DNA from: Nitrosopumilus sp.
GTDB taxonomy: Archaea > Thermoproteota > Nitrososphaeria > Nitrososphaerales > Nitrosopumilaceae
Reading direction: 5' to 3'
Length of the DNA stretch: 64,000 nucleotides
NCBI GenBank assembly: GCA_965218785.1
Contig: OZ244650.1
Coordinates: forward strand, 96,001 to 160,000
Shown: positions 1 through 9,467 of the stretch, one piece after another
Numbering within the stretch: the first letter of the stretch is position 1
Layout of the letters: each line of letters starts with the position of its first letter
Program-made: the position numbers and the translations under genes
The notes under the pieces: generated by a model
Seen by the model: only the letters and a program-made list of their open reading frames with translations
Told to the model about the DNA's origin: nothing
The model's database searches: none

Positions 1-249
1 GCAGAAGAATTTAGAAAATTAGGATACCATGCAGTAAGTGTAAGAGAACTAAGAGATATGGGATTTCATATCCAGTATGATTATTCAGTAATTTTATACA
101 CCGATGAGAACAGTATGATCTTGATTACTGAAGACAAAGAAAACTATGGGGGCTGCATGGAAAATCAAATCCCGTGCGTGCAATTAGGACAGAACCCTTC
201 AAATGATGAAATTCTTGAAAAACTAAAGAAATTTGAAAATTTACCTTGA
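1..249 (+). CDS. DUF5615 family PIN-like protein, copy 1 (5' end truncated by the window edge)
   Basis: Frame from position 1 reads AEEFRKLGYHAVSVRELRDMGFHIQYDYSVI...MILITEDKE; near-identical to 4386..4673; the D..V...A.....ILITEDK pattern is typical of DUF5615/VapC45-like PIN proteins. Confidence 0.7.
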   Translation, partial: AEEFRKLGYHAVSVRELRDMGFHIQYDYSVILYTDENSMILITEDKENYGGCMENQIPCVQLGQNPSNDEILEKLKKFENLP

Positions 250-361
250 TTTGTAATTGATTTTCTAAAATTTATTATCTCTCCTGGATTTGTTTATCTT
301 GAAATGATTTGATGTATTGGAGAGTTGATATACGTAATATGTGAAATAGACAAAATCCAGA

Positions 362-955
362 TTATTCTTCTTCTTCAACAGGAACAAGGAAATTACCATC
401 TTCTAGATTTTGAATTGCCCTTTTAACATCTGTACTAGTAAATCCTGCATCAGGTTTTAACTCTGTCAGTTTTTCGTAAATATAATCAGCAGTGCATTCA
501 TCTGTCAGTTCTTGTTGTTTTTGTGCCCAATAATGAACTGAAGCAAGTAATTCCAAATCTCTTGGACCCCGTCCAGCTGTAAATTTTATAATCTCGTCCA
601 ATGTCTTGTCTAATTCAGGAGGAAATCCTCCCTCAAAATCCAAAGAATCTTTTACGTACAGCATATTTTTGATATATGCATTTTCTTTCTTAGTTTTAAT
701 ATCTTTAATTGTAATTTTATTCCCATATGCCAAATCATGAAAAATTTGTTGAACCTCCCCACTTAATGGTCCATAGTCTGCCCATCTAAAACTAAATCGA
801 TTATGTTTCAAGTTAAAAAAATAAATACTTTTTTGTAATGCTTTTTTTCCTATAATCCCTTTAACCTCTGCACCTGGATTATCTGTTGCTTTTTGAATTA
901 AACGCAGTACTATTGACTTATTCGTAGCTATTATTGGCATATTCTCCCCTCCCAT
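362..955 (-). CDS. YwgA-like / Panacea (SocA, DUF4065)-like winged-helix protein
   Basis: Motifs GKKALQKSIYF, F.W..YGPLS.EV and LELLASVHY match the YwgA (COG3465)-type signature; lies directly downstream of an HD gene. Confidence 0.65.
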   Translation of the reverse strand: MGGENMPIIATNKSIVLRLIQKATDNPGAEVKGIIGKKALQKSIYFFNLKHNRFSFRWADYGPLSGEVQQIFHDLAYGNKITIKDIKTKKENAYIKNMLYVKDSLDFEGGFPPELDKTLDEIIKFTAGRGPRDLELLASVHYWAQKQQELTDECTADYIYEKLTELKPDAGFTSTDVKRAIQNLEDGNFLVPVEEEE

Positions 956-1004
956 CTATTTTGCATTAATTCCAGTATTAATGTCGTGGTAATAATATTA
1001 TTTC

Positions 1005-2339
1005 TCATTTTATCTCACGTTTTGGTAAAACATAGTTATGGTTTTTTTCTAGATAATCTATAACTAAATGATACTTTTCAGGAATAACAAAACCTCTAGT
1101 CATAAATGGTTGGTTTTCTGCAAGAGTATAAACTACATGAGATCTCTTTTCTATTGGTTCTGTTAGTTCATTATTTTTATAATATATGGAAATACTGCTT
1201 CCTTCTCCATCACCTTCATTTGAATTGTTATAGTCAGACATTAACTTGTATGATGAACGAGATGAATCATCTGTTAAGAATTCATGGTCTTCAATTCCTA
1301 TACGGTTTAAATTACTCATCAATGCAGTTTGTATTGTCTCTAACCCCTCTACCGAATTATCTGGTTTAGTTTTCACTCTGGGCGATTTTTTTCTATTTGA
1401 TATTGGCGAATAAGTTTCCCAGTAGGGCTTTCTGTTCTTAATCATGTCTGCAATAGTTTTAACTTTATCAGGATTCGACTTTTTAAAAATTTGATTCAGA
1501 AACCATCTGTCATCACATTGAATGAATTTTTCAATTCCTGAACTACTTTCCAAGTCATTTAATTTTGGATATTCAAGTAAATCATTTTCCATTAAAATTT
1601 CTCCACATCTACGTAACATTAATTCAAAAGCTCTCTTTGTCTTATGAAAATACACTTGTTGATACATTTGATATCTGGCAAAAATTAATTGTTCTACAGC
1701 CTCATATCCACCTTGAAGAACTACAAATTTGTTCTTTACAACAGCTAATTGTCCAATAATTCTTTTTAAATCATATTCTCCATAAGATACTCCACAATAG
1801 TATGAATCTCTTAGTAAATAATCTAATCTGTCTACATCAAGTTGTCCACTAACAATTTTGCTAAGATAATGTTCTTTTGGATATGCACCTTCAATTAAAT
1901 TATTTACAGCATCTGGATCCACTCCTGCTTTTTCCAAAGTCTCTCCAAAGTGATGTTTAACAAGTTTTTGAGAGTATTTTTCATGTTCAACTTCAAGAAT
2001 ATTCTCTAAAGAATGTGAAAATGGAGCATGTCCTACATCGTGTAAAAGAGCCGCCATTCGTAAAGTTGCCTTATCATTTTCATCAGCATGAAAATCTTCT
2101 CCTAATTCTTTTGTATTTTGTTTTAGAGCATTAAATGCAAGACCAGCAATATGAGCAGCACCTATCATATGCCCAAAACGCGTGTGTTCTGCTCCATGAT
2201 AAACGTAATATCCCAAACTAAGTTGTTTGATATTATGTGTACGCTGAAAAACAGGATTATTGATAATCTCCAATTCTTCTGGGCTTATATGAATAAAACC
2301 ATGTATTGGATCACGAAATTTTTTACTTTTGCTTGACAA
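1005..2339 (-). CDS. SAMHD1-like / COG1078 HD-domain phosphohydrolase (putative dNTP triphosphohydrolase)
   Basis: RDPIHGFI, IKQL, HTRFGH, LLHDVGHAPFSH, DVDRLDYLLRDS and VYFHK motifs are all intact. Confidence 0.9.
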   Translation of the reverse strand: MSSKSKKFRDPIHGFIHISPEELEIINNPVFQRTHNIKQLSLGYYVYHGAEHTRFGHMIGAAHIAGLAFNALKQNTKELGEDFHADENDKATLRMAALLHDVGHAPFSHSLENILEVEHEKYSQKLVKHHFGETLEKAGVDPDAVNNLIEGAYPKEHYLSKIVSGQLDVDRLDYLLRDSYYCGVSYGEYDLKRIIGQLAVVKNKFVVLQGGYEAVEQLIFARYQMYQQVYFHKTKRAFELMLRRCGEILMENDLLEYPKLNDLESSSGIEKFIQCDDRWFLNQIFKKSNPDKVKTIADMIKNRKPYWETYSPISNRKKSPRVKTKPDNSVEGLETIQTALMSNLNRIGIEDHEFLTDDSSRSSYKLMSDYNNSNEGDGEGSSISIYYKNNELTEPIEKRSHVVYTLAENQPFMTRGFVIPEKYHLVIDYLEKNHNYVLPKREIK

Positions 2340-2434
2340 TAGATTTCATTATTGTTTTGTAACAAGAAGTTCATAAACCTGATCTTTTATGCGATCAGCT
2401 AAACTCTTAACTTTTAGTCTACATAACAAATTTA

Positions 2435-2908
2435 GTGGATGAATTTAGACCTAAACACACTATTTCTGATAACAAGAAATTCCAAGATGATCGGGACAAA
2501 CTAGGTCATTTAATCATAGGTAAAATGAACACTACCGGCGGGACTGATATTGATTGGTTGATTGAACATAGAGGAGGTTTTATTATAATGGAAAACAAAA
2601 CCTTTTCACAAAATAAAATATCTATTCCTAGGGGACAGATGATCGCATTTGAAAATTTGCACACAAAATTAAACTCTGATGGCAAGTGCCATTTTCTATT
2701 CTTTGGATTTGATGATATTGATTTTAAGAATCCAGAATCTATTATTTGGTATTTCGATATGGAAGATTGGAAGGATAAACGAATTCCTAACGAATACGAT
2801 GAAAGATACAAACGGCATTTAATTCAAAGGAAGTCCATGAAGTCCATTACTTTGCAGGGATATAGAACCCTCATGGAAAAATACTGGAAAGAGTTTGAAA
2901 ACCCTTAA
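2435..2908 (+). CDS. Putative PD-(D/E)XK restriction-endonuclease-fold protein
   Basis: TDIDWLIEHRGGFIIMENK gives D...ExK catalytic spacing, followed by a GQ motif. Confidence 0.5.
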   Translation: MDEFRPKHTISDNKKFQDDRDKLGHLIIGKMNTTGGTDIDWLIEHRGGFIIMENKTFSQNKISIPRGQMIAFENLHTKLNSDGKCHFLFFGFDDIDFKNPESIIWYFDMEDWKDKRIPNEYDERYKRHLIQRKSMKSITLQGYRTLMEKYWKEFENP

Positions 2909-2932
2909 TTCCTAGTTTTATTTTATAGAATC

Positions 2933-3127
2933 ATGCATGTGGGAGAATGTCCAATATGTCAACAAAAGGGTGTCGAATTAGCCATACACCATGTGGTTGA
3001 AGCCCCGGATGAAAATGGCAAAGCTCCCAGCATTAATCTATGCAATGACTGTCATGACAAACACGAAAAATATCGCAACTATCTAAGAGATATTTGTAAA
3101 ATAGATATTGACAAGACAACAAAATAA
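2933..3127 (+). CDS. Small Zn-binding HNH-like protein (64 aa)
   Basis: CPIC...HHV...LCNDCHDKH pattern; paralog at 16438..16650. Confidence 0.6.
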   Translation: MHVGECPICQQKGVELAIHHVVEAPDENGKAPSINLCNDCHDKHEKYRNYLRDICKIDIDKTTK

Positions 3128-3163
3128 CTCAATCCAAGCCTTCCTACTCAAAATCGATTCTCC

Positions 3164-4318
3164 TGTCCAAAAAGTAGTTCACTCCCCTCCCCACATGAGA
3201 AAAAATGGAGACATATTGGCAAAAGAAGCATACGCGTCATGGTAAAACTAGACGAATTCAAAATCCGATGGATAATAAATCAGAAGAGAAAGGTGCTGCT
3301 GTCAAACAGGGAGATTGCATCACAGTATGACATATTCGTACACTGGATCCAGAAACTCTGGGCACGATACGCAGATCAAATCCGCAGCTATCTCATATCC
3401 ACTGTCGATGGGAAGATCCATCTCAGGCCTTCCTAGCAGAAGAGAGCATTTTGCCACGATATGGGCACATCACATAAACGGAGCAGGCGTGGTAACCATA
3501 CAGGAACAGATCAAAGAAAAGATCGGAATACACATACCACACAACACCATACACCATGTGTTAAGGAAGATGGGTCTTGCTGAATAAAGTCCGAAAAAAT
3601 CAAGAAGGCGGACATGGGTACGATACGAACGTGACTATTCAAACTCCATGTGGCATACAGACTATAAACAGCTAGTGACGGCAGATGGTTCATTGCATAC
3701 GAGGATGACGCATCGAGATTCATAACGGGATACGGTGTATTTGAGCGTGCAACCACACAAAATGCTTTGTCTGTACTGCATAGGGCGATAAAAGATCACG
3801 GCTCACAGTTTTATTCAAACGCGTCTGAATACAAGAAAAAGGAGGCATCAGAGTTTGAGCAGGATTTGGTACGTCTGGAAATACGGCACATACTTGCCGG
3901 TGTGGAGCATCTCAGACAAACGACAAGCTCGAACGGTTCCATGGTAAGCTGCAGCATAAATTACATCTGTTTGAACCTGTCACAGACGACCCGCCATCAT
4001 GTCCTCCCACGTGATATGTGGAGACAAAAGATGATCCCACAGACAGAGGAAGCGCGGTAAGAAGGTTTGTCCAATGTCATAACGAGATAAAGTATCACAT
4101 GTAGCTTAACATACATGAGACTCCGGCACAGGCGTTCCTACGAAAGATGCTCTAACCGGAGGAGGGAAGGTTATGGATTCACAGCCAGGTGAAATGTACG
4201 CTGTGAAAAGATTCTCGAGTGAAAATACTAGCGGTGGGTAGACGAGGGGAAAAACTAATGAAAGACAGGAGACAAAGAGATGACATGCGTGATTTAGAGA
4301 TGAATTACTTTTCGTATT
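3164..4318 (+). mobile_element. IS481-family element with a degraded (frameshifted) transposase
   Basis: Fragments encode an HTH, RTWVRYER..SNSMWHTDYKQ, IAYEDDASRF and DHGSQF; ends tgtccaaaaagtagttca (3164) and tgaattacttttcgtatt (4301-4318) are imperfect inverted repeats. Confidence 0.85.
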
Positions 4319-4385
4319 CTATATCATCATATCACATATGATCAATTTTTAAAACTTGTAAATACTTGTTATTGATATTAAATGC

Positions 4386-4673
4386 ATGCGGCCTCTTCTT
4401 TTTGATGAAATGTATGAGGGAAAGGCAGAAGAATTTAGAAAATTAGGATACCAGGCCGTAAGTGTAAGAGAACTAAGAGGCATGGGATTTCATATCCAGT
4501 ATGATTATTCAGTAATTTCATATGCCAATGATAACTGTATGATTTTGATTACTGAAGACAAAGAAAACTATGGAGGCTGTATAGAAAACCAAATCCCATG
4601 TGTACAATTGGGACAGAACCCTTCAAATGAGGAAATTCTTGAAAAACTAAAGAAATTTGAAAATTTACCTTGA
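4386..4673 (+). CDS. DUF5615 family PIN-like protein, copy 2
   Basis: MRPLLFDEM...GYQAVSV...DYSVISYA...MILITEDK. Confidence 0.75.
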   Translation: MRPLLFDEMYEGKAEEFRKLGYQAVSVRELRGMGFHIQYDYSVISYANDNCMILITEDKENYGGCIENQIPCVQLGQNPSNEEILEKLKKFENLP

Positions 4674-4742
4674 TTTGTACTTGATCTTCTAATGAAAAAA
4701 TCTGGAAATCATTTTTTATGCAATAATCATATTTGAATGTGG

Positions 4743-4886
4743 AATCCAAAAAATAGTTTAGCACTGAATCACGCATGATCTCAATGTTGTTGTTTCTCAT
4801 TAATCATCCTCTCTTGGATTCATCCACACGTCGATATATCCACTTGGAATCTCTTCAAATAAGGGGGATGAATTACTTTTTGGGCA
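4743..4886 (-). mobile_element. ~145-bp MITE derived from the IS481 element
   Basis: Minus strand starts tgcccaaaaagtaattca (cf. IS left end at 3164) and ends catgcgtgattcagtgctaaactattttttggatt (cf. catgcgtgatttagagatgaattacttttcgtatt at the IS right end). Confidence 0.6.
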
Positions 4887-4943
4887 ATAGAGATTTTATT
4901 ATTCATCCAAAATTTAATATGCATCATCTCGAGGAGGAATACT

Positions 4944-5258
4944 ATGTCACTGTTGATTAAGGAATCCGTATACGTTGAATTAGAAATTACAGAACATCTT
5001 GTTCCTACAGACGGAAGTATATGCACTGTTGATAATCATGATGCATGTGATTGGAAAAAAGTGTTGAAAACTGAACTTGAACAATTATTTCCAGAAATTG
5101 AGATTACTAATCCTGAATCTAAAAACAATGTAATCTATTTCACAGTATCTTATAGTAACCGAAGTGCACAGAAAGCTGATATCTTAAGTAAACTGGATTT
5201 ATTTTTCAATTATTATCCGATGACAGCAGTCAAATCTGTTAATGTTACTCAAAAGTAA
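4944..5258 (+). CDS. Hypothetical protein (104 aa)
   Basis: ATG-start ORF with a gaggagg-like motif upstream; no recognisable family. Confidence 0.5.
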   Translation: MSLLIKESVYVELEITEHLVPTDGSICTVDNHDACDWKKVLKTELEQLFPEIEITNPESKNNVIYFTVSYSNRSAQKADILSKLDLFFNYYPMTAVKSVNVTQK

Positions 5259-5331
5259 TCTGTCTGAATTTTATAACATCACCCTTGACTCACTAAAATT
5301 AGATTCTGTCTCACCTATTCTATTGAGTTTT

Positions 5332-5675
5332 ATGACCTTGGATATTTGAGGGTGGAAAAAGTCTTTCTAGAAAAAATCAACATCTGCCATACAAGAAAAA
5401 GAAAGGAAGAGTTAACCTACTATCAAAAGGATTGGAATAAATTAGTCTAAAATTAGAATCAAAGTAGAACACGTAATAAATAAAATCAAGAAATTTCGGA
5501 TCAATTCTGACAAGTTTAGGAACATGCTGTGTAGATATGATGTAATCAGTGACATTGTATGTGGAATTATCAATTTCAAAATACGATGGAAGCAATAATC
5601 TGTTGTGATTCCATAAAATCAAAAATCAAATACAAGAAAAGGTAAGGTATTATTTGTAATTACGCAAGAGGTCTA
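5332..5675 (+). mobile_element. IS5-family (ISL2-like, DDE_Tnp_4) transposase 3' remnant with right terminal repeat
   Basis: Frameshifted fragments YDLGYL, HLPYKKKKG and KIRIKVEHVINKIKKFRI..DKFRN...IVCGIINF; ends in cgcaagaggtcta, an ISL2-group-like TIR. Confidence 0.7.
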
Positions 5676-5884
5676 ATGTTCATGTGCAGCTCAAGTTATA
5701 GGAATGCTGTCATTTCTAATTCTTCATTTTCTCTTCTAATTGATCCGTTAATTGTTGCGATATCTTAGATCAAATGACATTGAAATTTCAACTTTGTGAT
5801 CTTCTTAAATTTTTCTACCAACGACTCTTGCATTATCGGGATCTACGAATATGTATAAAATAACTCAACACGTTGTTCAAACTG

Positions 5885-7552
5885 TTATTTATTAGACAAA
5901 GTAATATTGGGATATGGCCAAATCTCAATTGCATTATCTGCGAGTTTATGAGATCTCTTAATTATCTCATCTTTGTCCCATTTATCCAGATATTTCAAAT
6001 CCTGGTTCAGTCTGATTGGACTATATGCAAATCCAATATCTGGCATGTCACGCTTTTCTAAAAATGATTTGTCACCATATTCTGAATTATATCCCGTAAG
6101 TGTAAGATTTCCAATAGTATGCAAGTACACTTCCTGAATTTCTTTGTAATCAGGTCCAAGATCATCAATCCAAGATTGAGACAGGTTTGGATTTTGAGGC
6201 ATAATGTGCTCTAGGGTAACCCATTTAGAAATCTCTTTTTGATTGTGATTTTCTAGTTTTTCAAAGAGATAGTGTCTATTTCGAAAATAATACACATTTC
6301 TATCAACAAACCTATTTTTAAATTCAATATCACTGGGAAATCTGGAGCGTCCTACAAAATCTGTTAATTGATTTTTTAAATCATAAAGATAATCTGTCCC
6401 AATAGATCCATGAGATAATGCTGCAAATATCTTATTAAGAGAATTTGTAGGAACATCGCAAATGACACGTCTAAACACATAGTTTTCAATCATTTTAAAG
6501 ATATTCAAAAGATCTTCTTTTGAAAAATATTTTTTATCAAAATCAGCTAGCACACGCAACAAAAATGGATATGCAACATTAACTTCCAACGTATTAATAT
6601 TATCAATAACTTGTTTTAGTTCGGGATCAGATTCTGAGTTAAATGCCAATCTAGAATATAGTTTTCCAAAGTATAAAATCTCCGAGATTATCTCTTTGAT
6701 TGTGTCCTCATTAGGTGAAAAATAATTTCTAAAATTTTCATAGACTCTGCGGATGTTTGGGATTTTTCCAGTTTTTAATGTAAGATAATGGCGGATGAAT
6801 TTATCAAAATGGGTAGTTTTGTTATCAATGCTAAAGATATTTTCTAGAGGGTACCAATATTTGTCATAGATATGATTCTGCAGGTCAGGACTTAGATTCA
6901 TCAGAATATAATTTCGGATCAAATCTGATTGTGATAATTCAAGTCCTGTAGAATTGAGAGACTCGAAGATTTGCTGAGGATCATCATTATTTCTTAAAAG
7001 CGCTACATTAACAACAAATAATTTATTCAGTCCCGCCAATATCTTTGAAGAAGATATTCCACTCGTTGCAATACTTTCCTTAAAAAATGAAAAATTATTA
7101 TATACATTTCTTGAATAGTTTTCAGGTAATGGACATTCACCCAAAATATGATACAATGTTTCTTTATCCCTTTTTGTCAATACTAGTTTATGGTATCTGT
7201 CTTTTTTCTCTTTCTCATTTACTAGATAATAATCTGTAATTCGTGTCTTATCATACTCACTAGATATCTCTAAAATGGCAATTAAAAGCAAGTATATGCT
7301 AGTCAGGCGCTGTTGCCCATCAATGATCAGGAGCTGTGGAATAATTCCAGGCTGTTGCATATCATCAGAGATATGCACAATAGACCCAATAAAATGACTG
7401 GTTTGTGATGAATTATCTGATACACGTATAATGTCATCCCATAATTGCTTGCAATGTTTTTCAGTCCAGCTGTACTTTCTCTGAAATATAGGAACTATAA
7501 ACTGGTTTTTATCATCTAAAAATTTTAACAGTGGTGTTTCAGTTGCCTTCAT
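5885..7552 (-). CDS. DUF262-DUF1524 (GmrSD-like) modification-dependent restriction nuclease
   Basis: N-terminal VPIFQRKYSW, IIDGQQRLT and IFESLNSTG (DUF262); C-terminal TLEHIMPQ and HTIGNLTL..YNS (DUF1524 HNH); start placed at MKATE. Confidence 0.88.
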   Translation of the reverse strand: MKATETPLLKFLDDKNQFIVPIFQRKYSWTEKHCKQLWDDIIRVSDNSSQTSHFIGSIVHISDDMQQPGIIPQLLIIDGQQRLTSIYLLLIAILEISSEYDKTRITDYYLVNEKEKKDRYHKLVLTKRDKETLYHILGECPLPENYSRNVYNNFSFFKESIATSGISSSKILAGLNKLFVVNVALLRNNDDPQQIFESLNSTGLELSQSDLIRNYILMNLSPDLQNHIYDKYWYPLENIFSIDNKTTHFDKFIRHYLTLKTGKIPNIRRVYENFRNYFSPNEDTIKEIISEILYFGKLYSRLAFNSESDPELKQVIDNINTLEVNVAYPFLLRVLADFDKKYFSKEDLLNIFKMIENYVFRRVICDVPTNSLNKIFAALSHGSIGTDYLYDLKNQLTDFVGRSRFPSDIEFKNRFVDRNVYYFRNRHYLFEKLENHNQKEISKWVTLEHIMPQNPNLSQSWIDDLGPDYKEIQEVYLHTIGNLTLTGYNSEYGDKSFLEKRDMPDIGFAYSPIRLNQDLKYLDKWDKDEIIKRSHKLADNAIEIWPYPNITLSNK

Positions 7553-7791
7553 TTCAGAGTATTGTTTTGTAAGACACAATAAAAACGCATATTAAAAATA
7601 AATCATAAACATGATTCTTTGATGTTTTTCAGTGCACGGCATTGATATTGGATGGTTTACACGTGAGCAGTATTTGTTATCAACTATCGGATCACAGATC
7701 AGCATTGATTCGTCTTCAATACACGGGACATATCTTTCCTTTTCCAGACAAGAAATGTATTTGGTAGACAATAGCATACCAACCAGAATCA

Positions 7792-8364
7792 TCAACCATA
7801 TCGTACATTATCTCTTTCTTGTTTTAATTGTTCAATTTCTTGTTTTAATTGTTTAATTTCTTGTTTTAATTGTTTAATTTCTTGTTTTAAATCTTCCACA
7901 CTTTCGTCTAATGACTCAAAACCTGAACTATATGCAAATCTACTACCACTAAAACCGAATACTTTTTCTTCAGTTGTTTCTAATTTATCTAAAACAATTT
8001 GTAATTTTTGTTTAGTATTTTGTAGTTCTCTCTTAGTTGAAATTAAATCACCTTGAGTTTCAATTAATGTTTGATTTGCTTTTTCAAGTAATTTAGCATT
8101 TTTTATAACATCATCACTTGTTTTTTTGAGAATTTGAGTTGAATTATTAACTTGTGTTTGTGTATTTTTTAAATCAGATGAAAATTTCCATAAAACTCGT
8201 ACACCCAAAAATAGGCCCACTGATACTAGAATTCCACCAATAAAAGTACTAATATTAGACTCTATGAAATTTGTACCAATCAAAAAACCCCCACTAACTA
8301 AAAAAGAATCCGCAAGTATGAATTCAAATGTTTCGTATTTTGATTTGAGAATTTTGTCTTTCAA
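7792..8364 (-). CDS. Two-TM protein with a long coiled coil and heptad repeats
   Basis: Two N-terminal hydrophobic segments; C-terminal (KQEIKQL)n. Confidence 0.7.
   Translation of the reverse strand: MKDKILKSKYETFEFILADSFLVSGGFLIGTNFIESNISTFIGGILVSVGLFLGVRVLWKFSSDLKNTQTQVNNSTQILKKTSDDVIKNAKLLEKANQTLIETQGDLISTKRELQNTKQKLQIVLDKLETTEEKVFGFSGSRFAYSSGFESLDESVEDLKQEIKQLKQEIKQLKQEIEQLKQERDNVRYG
7815..7890. repeat. 21-bp coding tandem repeat, ~3.6 copies
   Basis: Unit tttcttgttttaattgtttaa repeated with one mismatch in the first copy. Confidence 0.95.
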
Positions 8365-8455
8365 TCGTATTTAGAAAAGACAATCTTGTTTAAAAAAACT
8401 ATTAAGGTATTATGTTATAATGATCTGTTAAATAGAATATGGTTTATATTGCAAT

Positions 8456-8758
8456 GTGACAATGTGGGCTGATTTTGTAATAACACGTGTTAGTTATAAT
8501 GAAAATAATATGAGAATAGTGAAAGTAGAATGTAAAACTGATAATGGGAAAGAGCTGATTAATCGTGAAATAAAAAATCGTTCAGTTATTGTAGATAGTA
8601 TCAATGAAGGACATACATACATTACAGCTAGATTTGTAAATGGTAAATGGAAACGTGGTGACACGATTATTGCATATTTTTTAGATGGGGAATATTTCAT
8701 CAGAACAGATGGAAATGAGACCAAATCAGATAACTTGGGCGAATTACCAACTTTTTAA
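8456..8758 (+). CDS. DUF3892-domain protein
   Basis: ADFVITRVSY...R..IVDSI..G.TYIT...YFIRTDGNETKSDNLGELP matches the DUF3892 C-terminal signature. Confidence 0.75.
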   Translation: MTMWADFVITRVSYNENNMRIVKVECKTDNGKELINREIKNRSVIVDSINEGHTYITARFVNGKWKRGDTIIAYFLDGEYFIRTDGNETKSDNLGELPTF

Positions 8759-9304
8759 CAAAAATCAGTGTACAGTTTGTCCAAAATTATCTGATCTGAT
8801 GAATTTTGACAGTCTAGAAGATCTGACAGAGACTTGGTAGGACCGGAAAGAGATAGTGAGATCTTAGAAAGTGGCAATTCTTGAGCGATTCTCAAGTGAT
8901 GGATAAGATCGATTTTTCAATCTGATGAAGATCCATATTTCTGATCTCCATAACTTTACAGTATCTATTACTCAGGAAATTCATTCATAATCATCAATAA
9001 ATAATCAGATATTTCTACTTTGATCACATGTAACTATGTGAATACTAAAGAATCCTGTTAATATGATCATAGACTATTTGTGTAACCCGGCACCAAGATA
9101 TCTTTGCCTTGAATGGGATAATCTGAACTACTGTGATAGTGGGGCACGATTCTTGATAAACCCAACCCAAATTACAGATGTCCAATTTGTGGTCAATAAC
9201 GGATAAATTATGAATATTTTGACATTCAATTTAGATTTGTTAGAATATTTTTCTAAAAGTTGTTTTTATCCTAGTACACTATTGATAAAGTATGAATTAC
9301 AACG

Positions 9305-9466
9305 GTGAGATTATTGGGTAAAGATTCAGATGCAGCCATCGGTATAGCTCTTGGAATTTTGGGATTAGCTGCACTGATAAAATTCTCAGAAAAAGATTGT
9401 CCACACTGTTTTAAAAAAATAGCAAGAGGTACATCACAATGTCCATTTTGTGGGAATAGGATCTAA
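9305..9466 (+). CDS. Small TM + zinc-ribbon protein (not in the ORF track)
   Basis: My translation: (V)RLLGKDSDAAIGIALGILGLAALIKFSEKDCPHCFKKIARGTSQCPFCGNRI*; stop lies 1 nt before the next ATG. Confidence 0.65.
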   Translation: MRLLGKDSDAAIGIALGILGLAALIKFSEKDCPHCFKKIARGTSQCPFCGNRI

Positions 9467-9467
9467 T

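Noticed and set aside
7815-7890. Short direct repeats as a possible CRISPR array
   Set aside because: The units are contiguous with no spacers and encode a coiled-coil heptad; no cas genes or repeat-spacer array were seen anywhere in the window
8770-9210. Possible decayed Doc/Fic-like or Zn-ribbon gene (RDSEILES; YRCPICGQ fragments)
   Set aside because: The fragments are too short and broken to support a call
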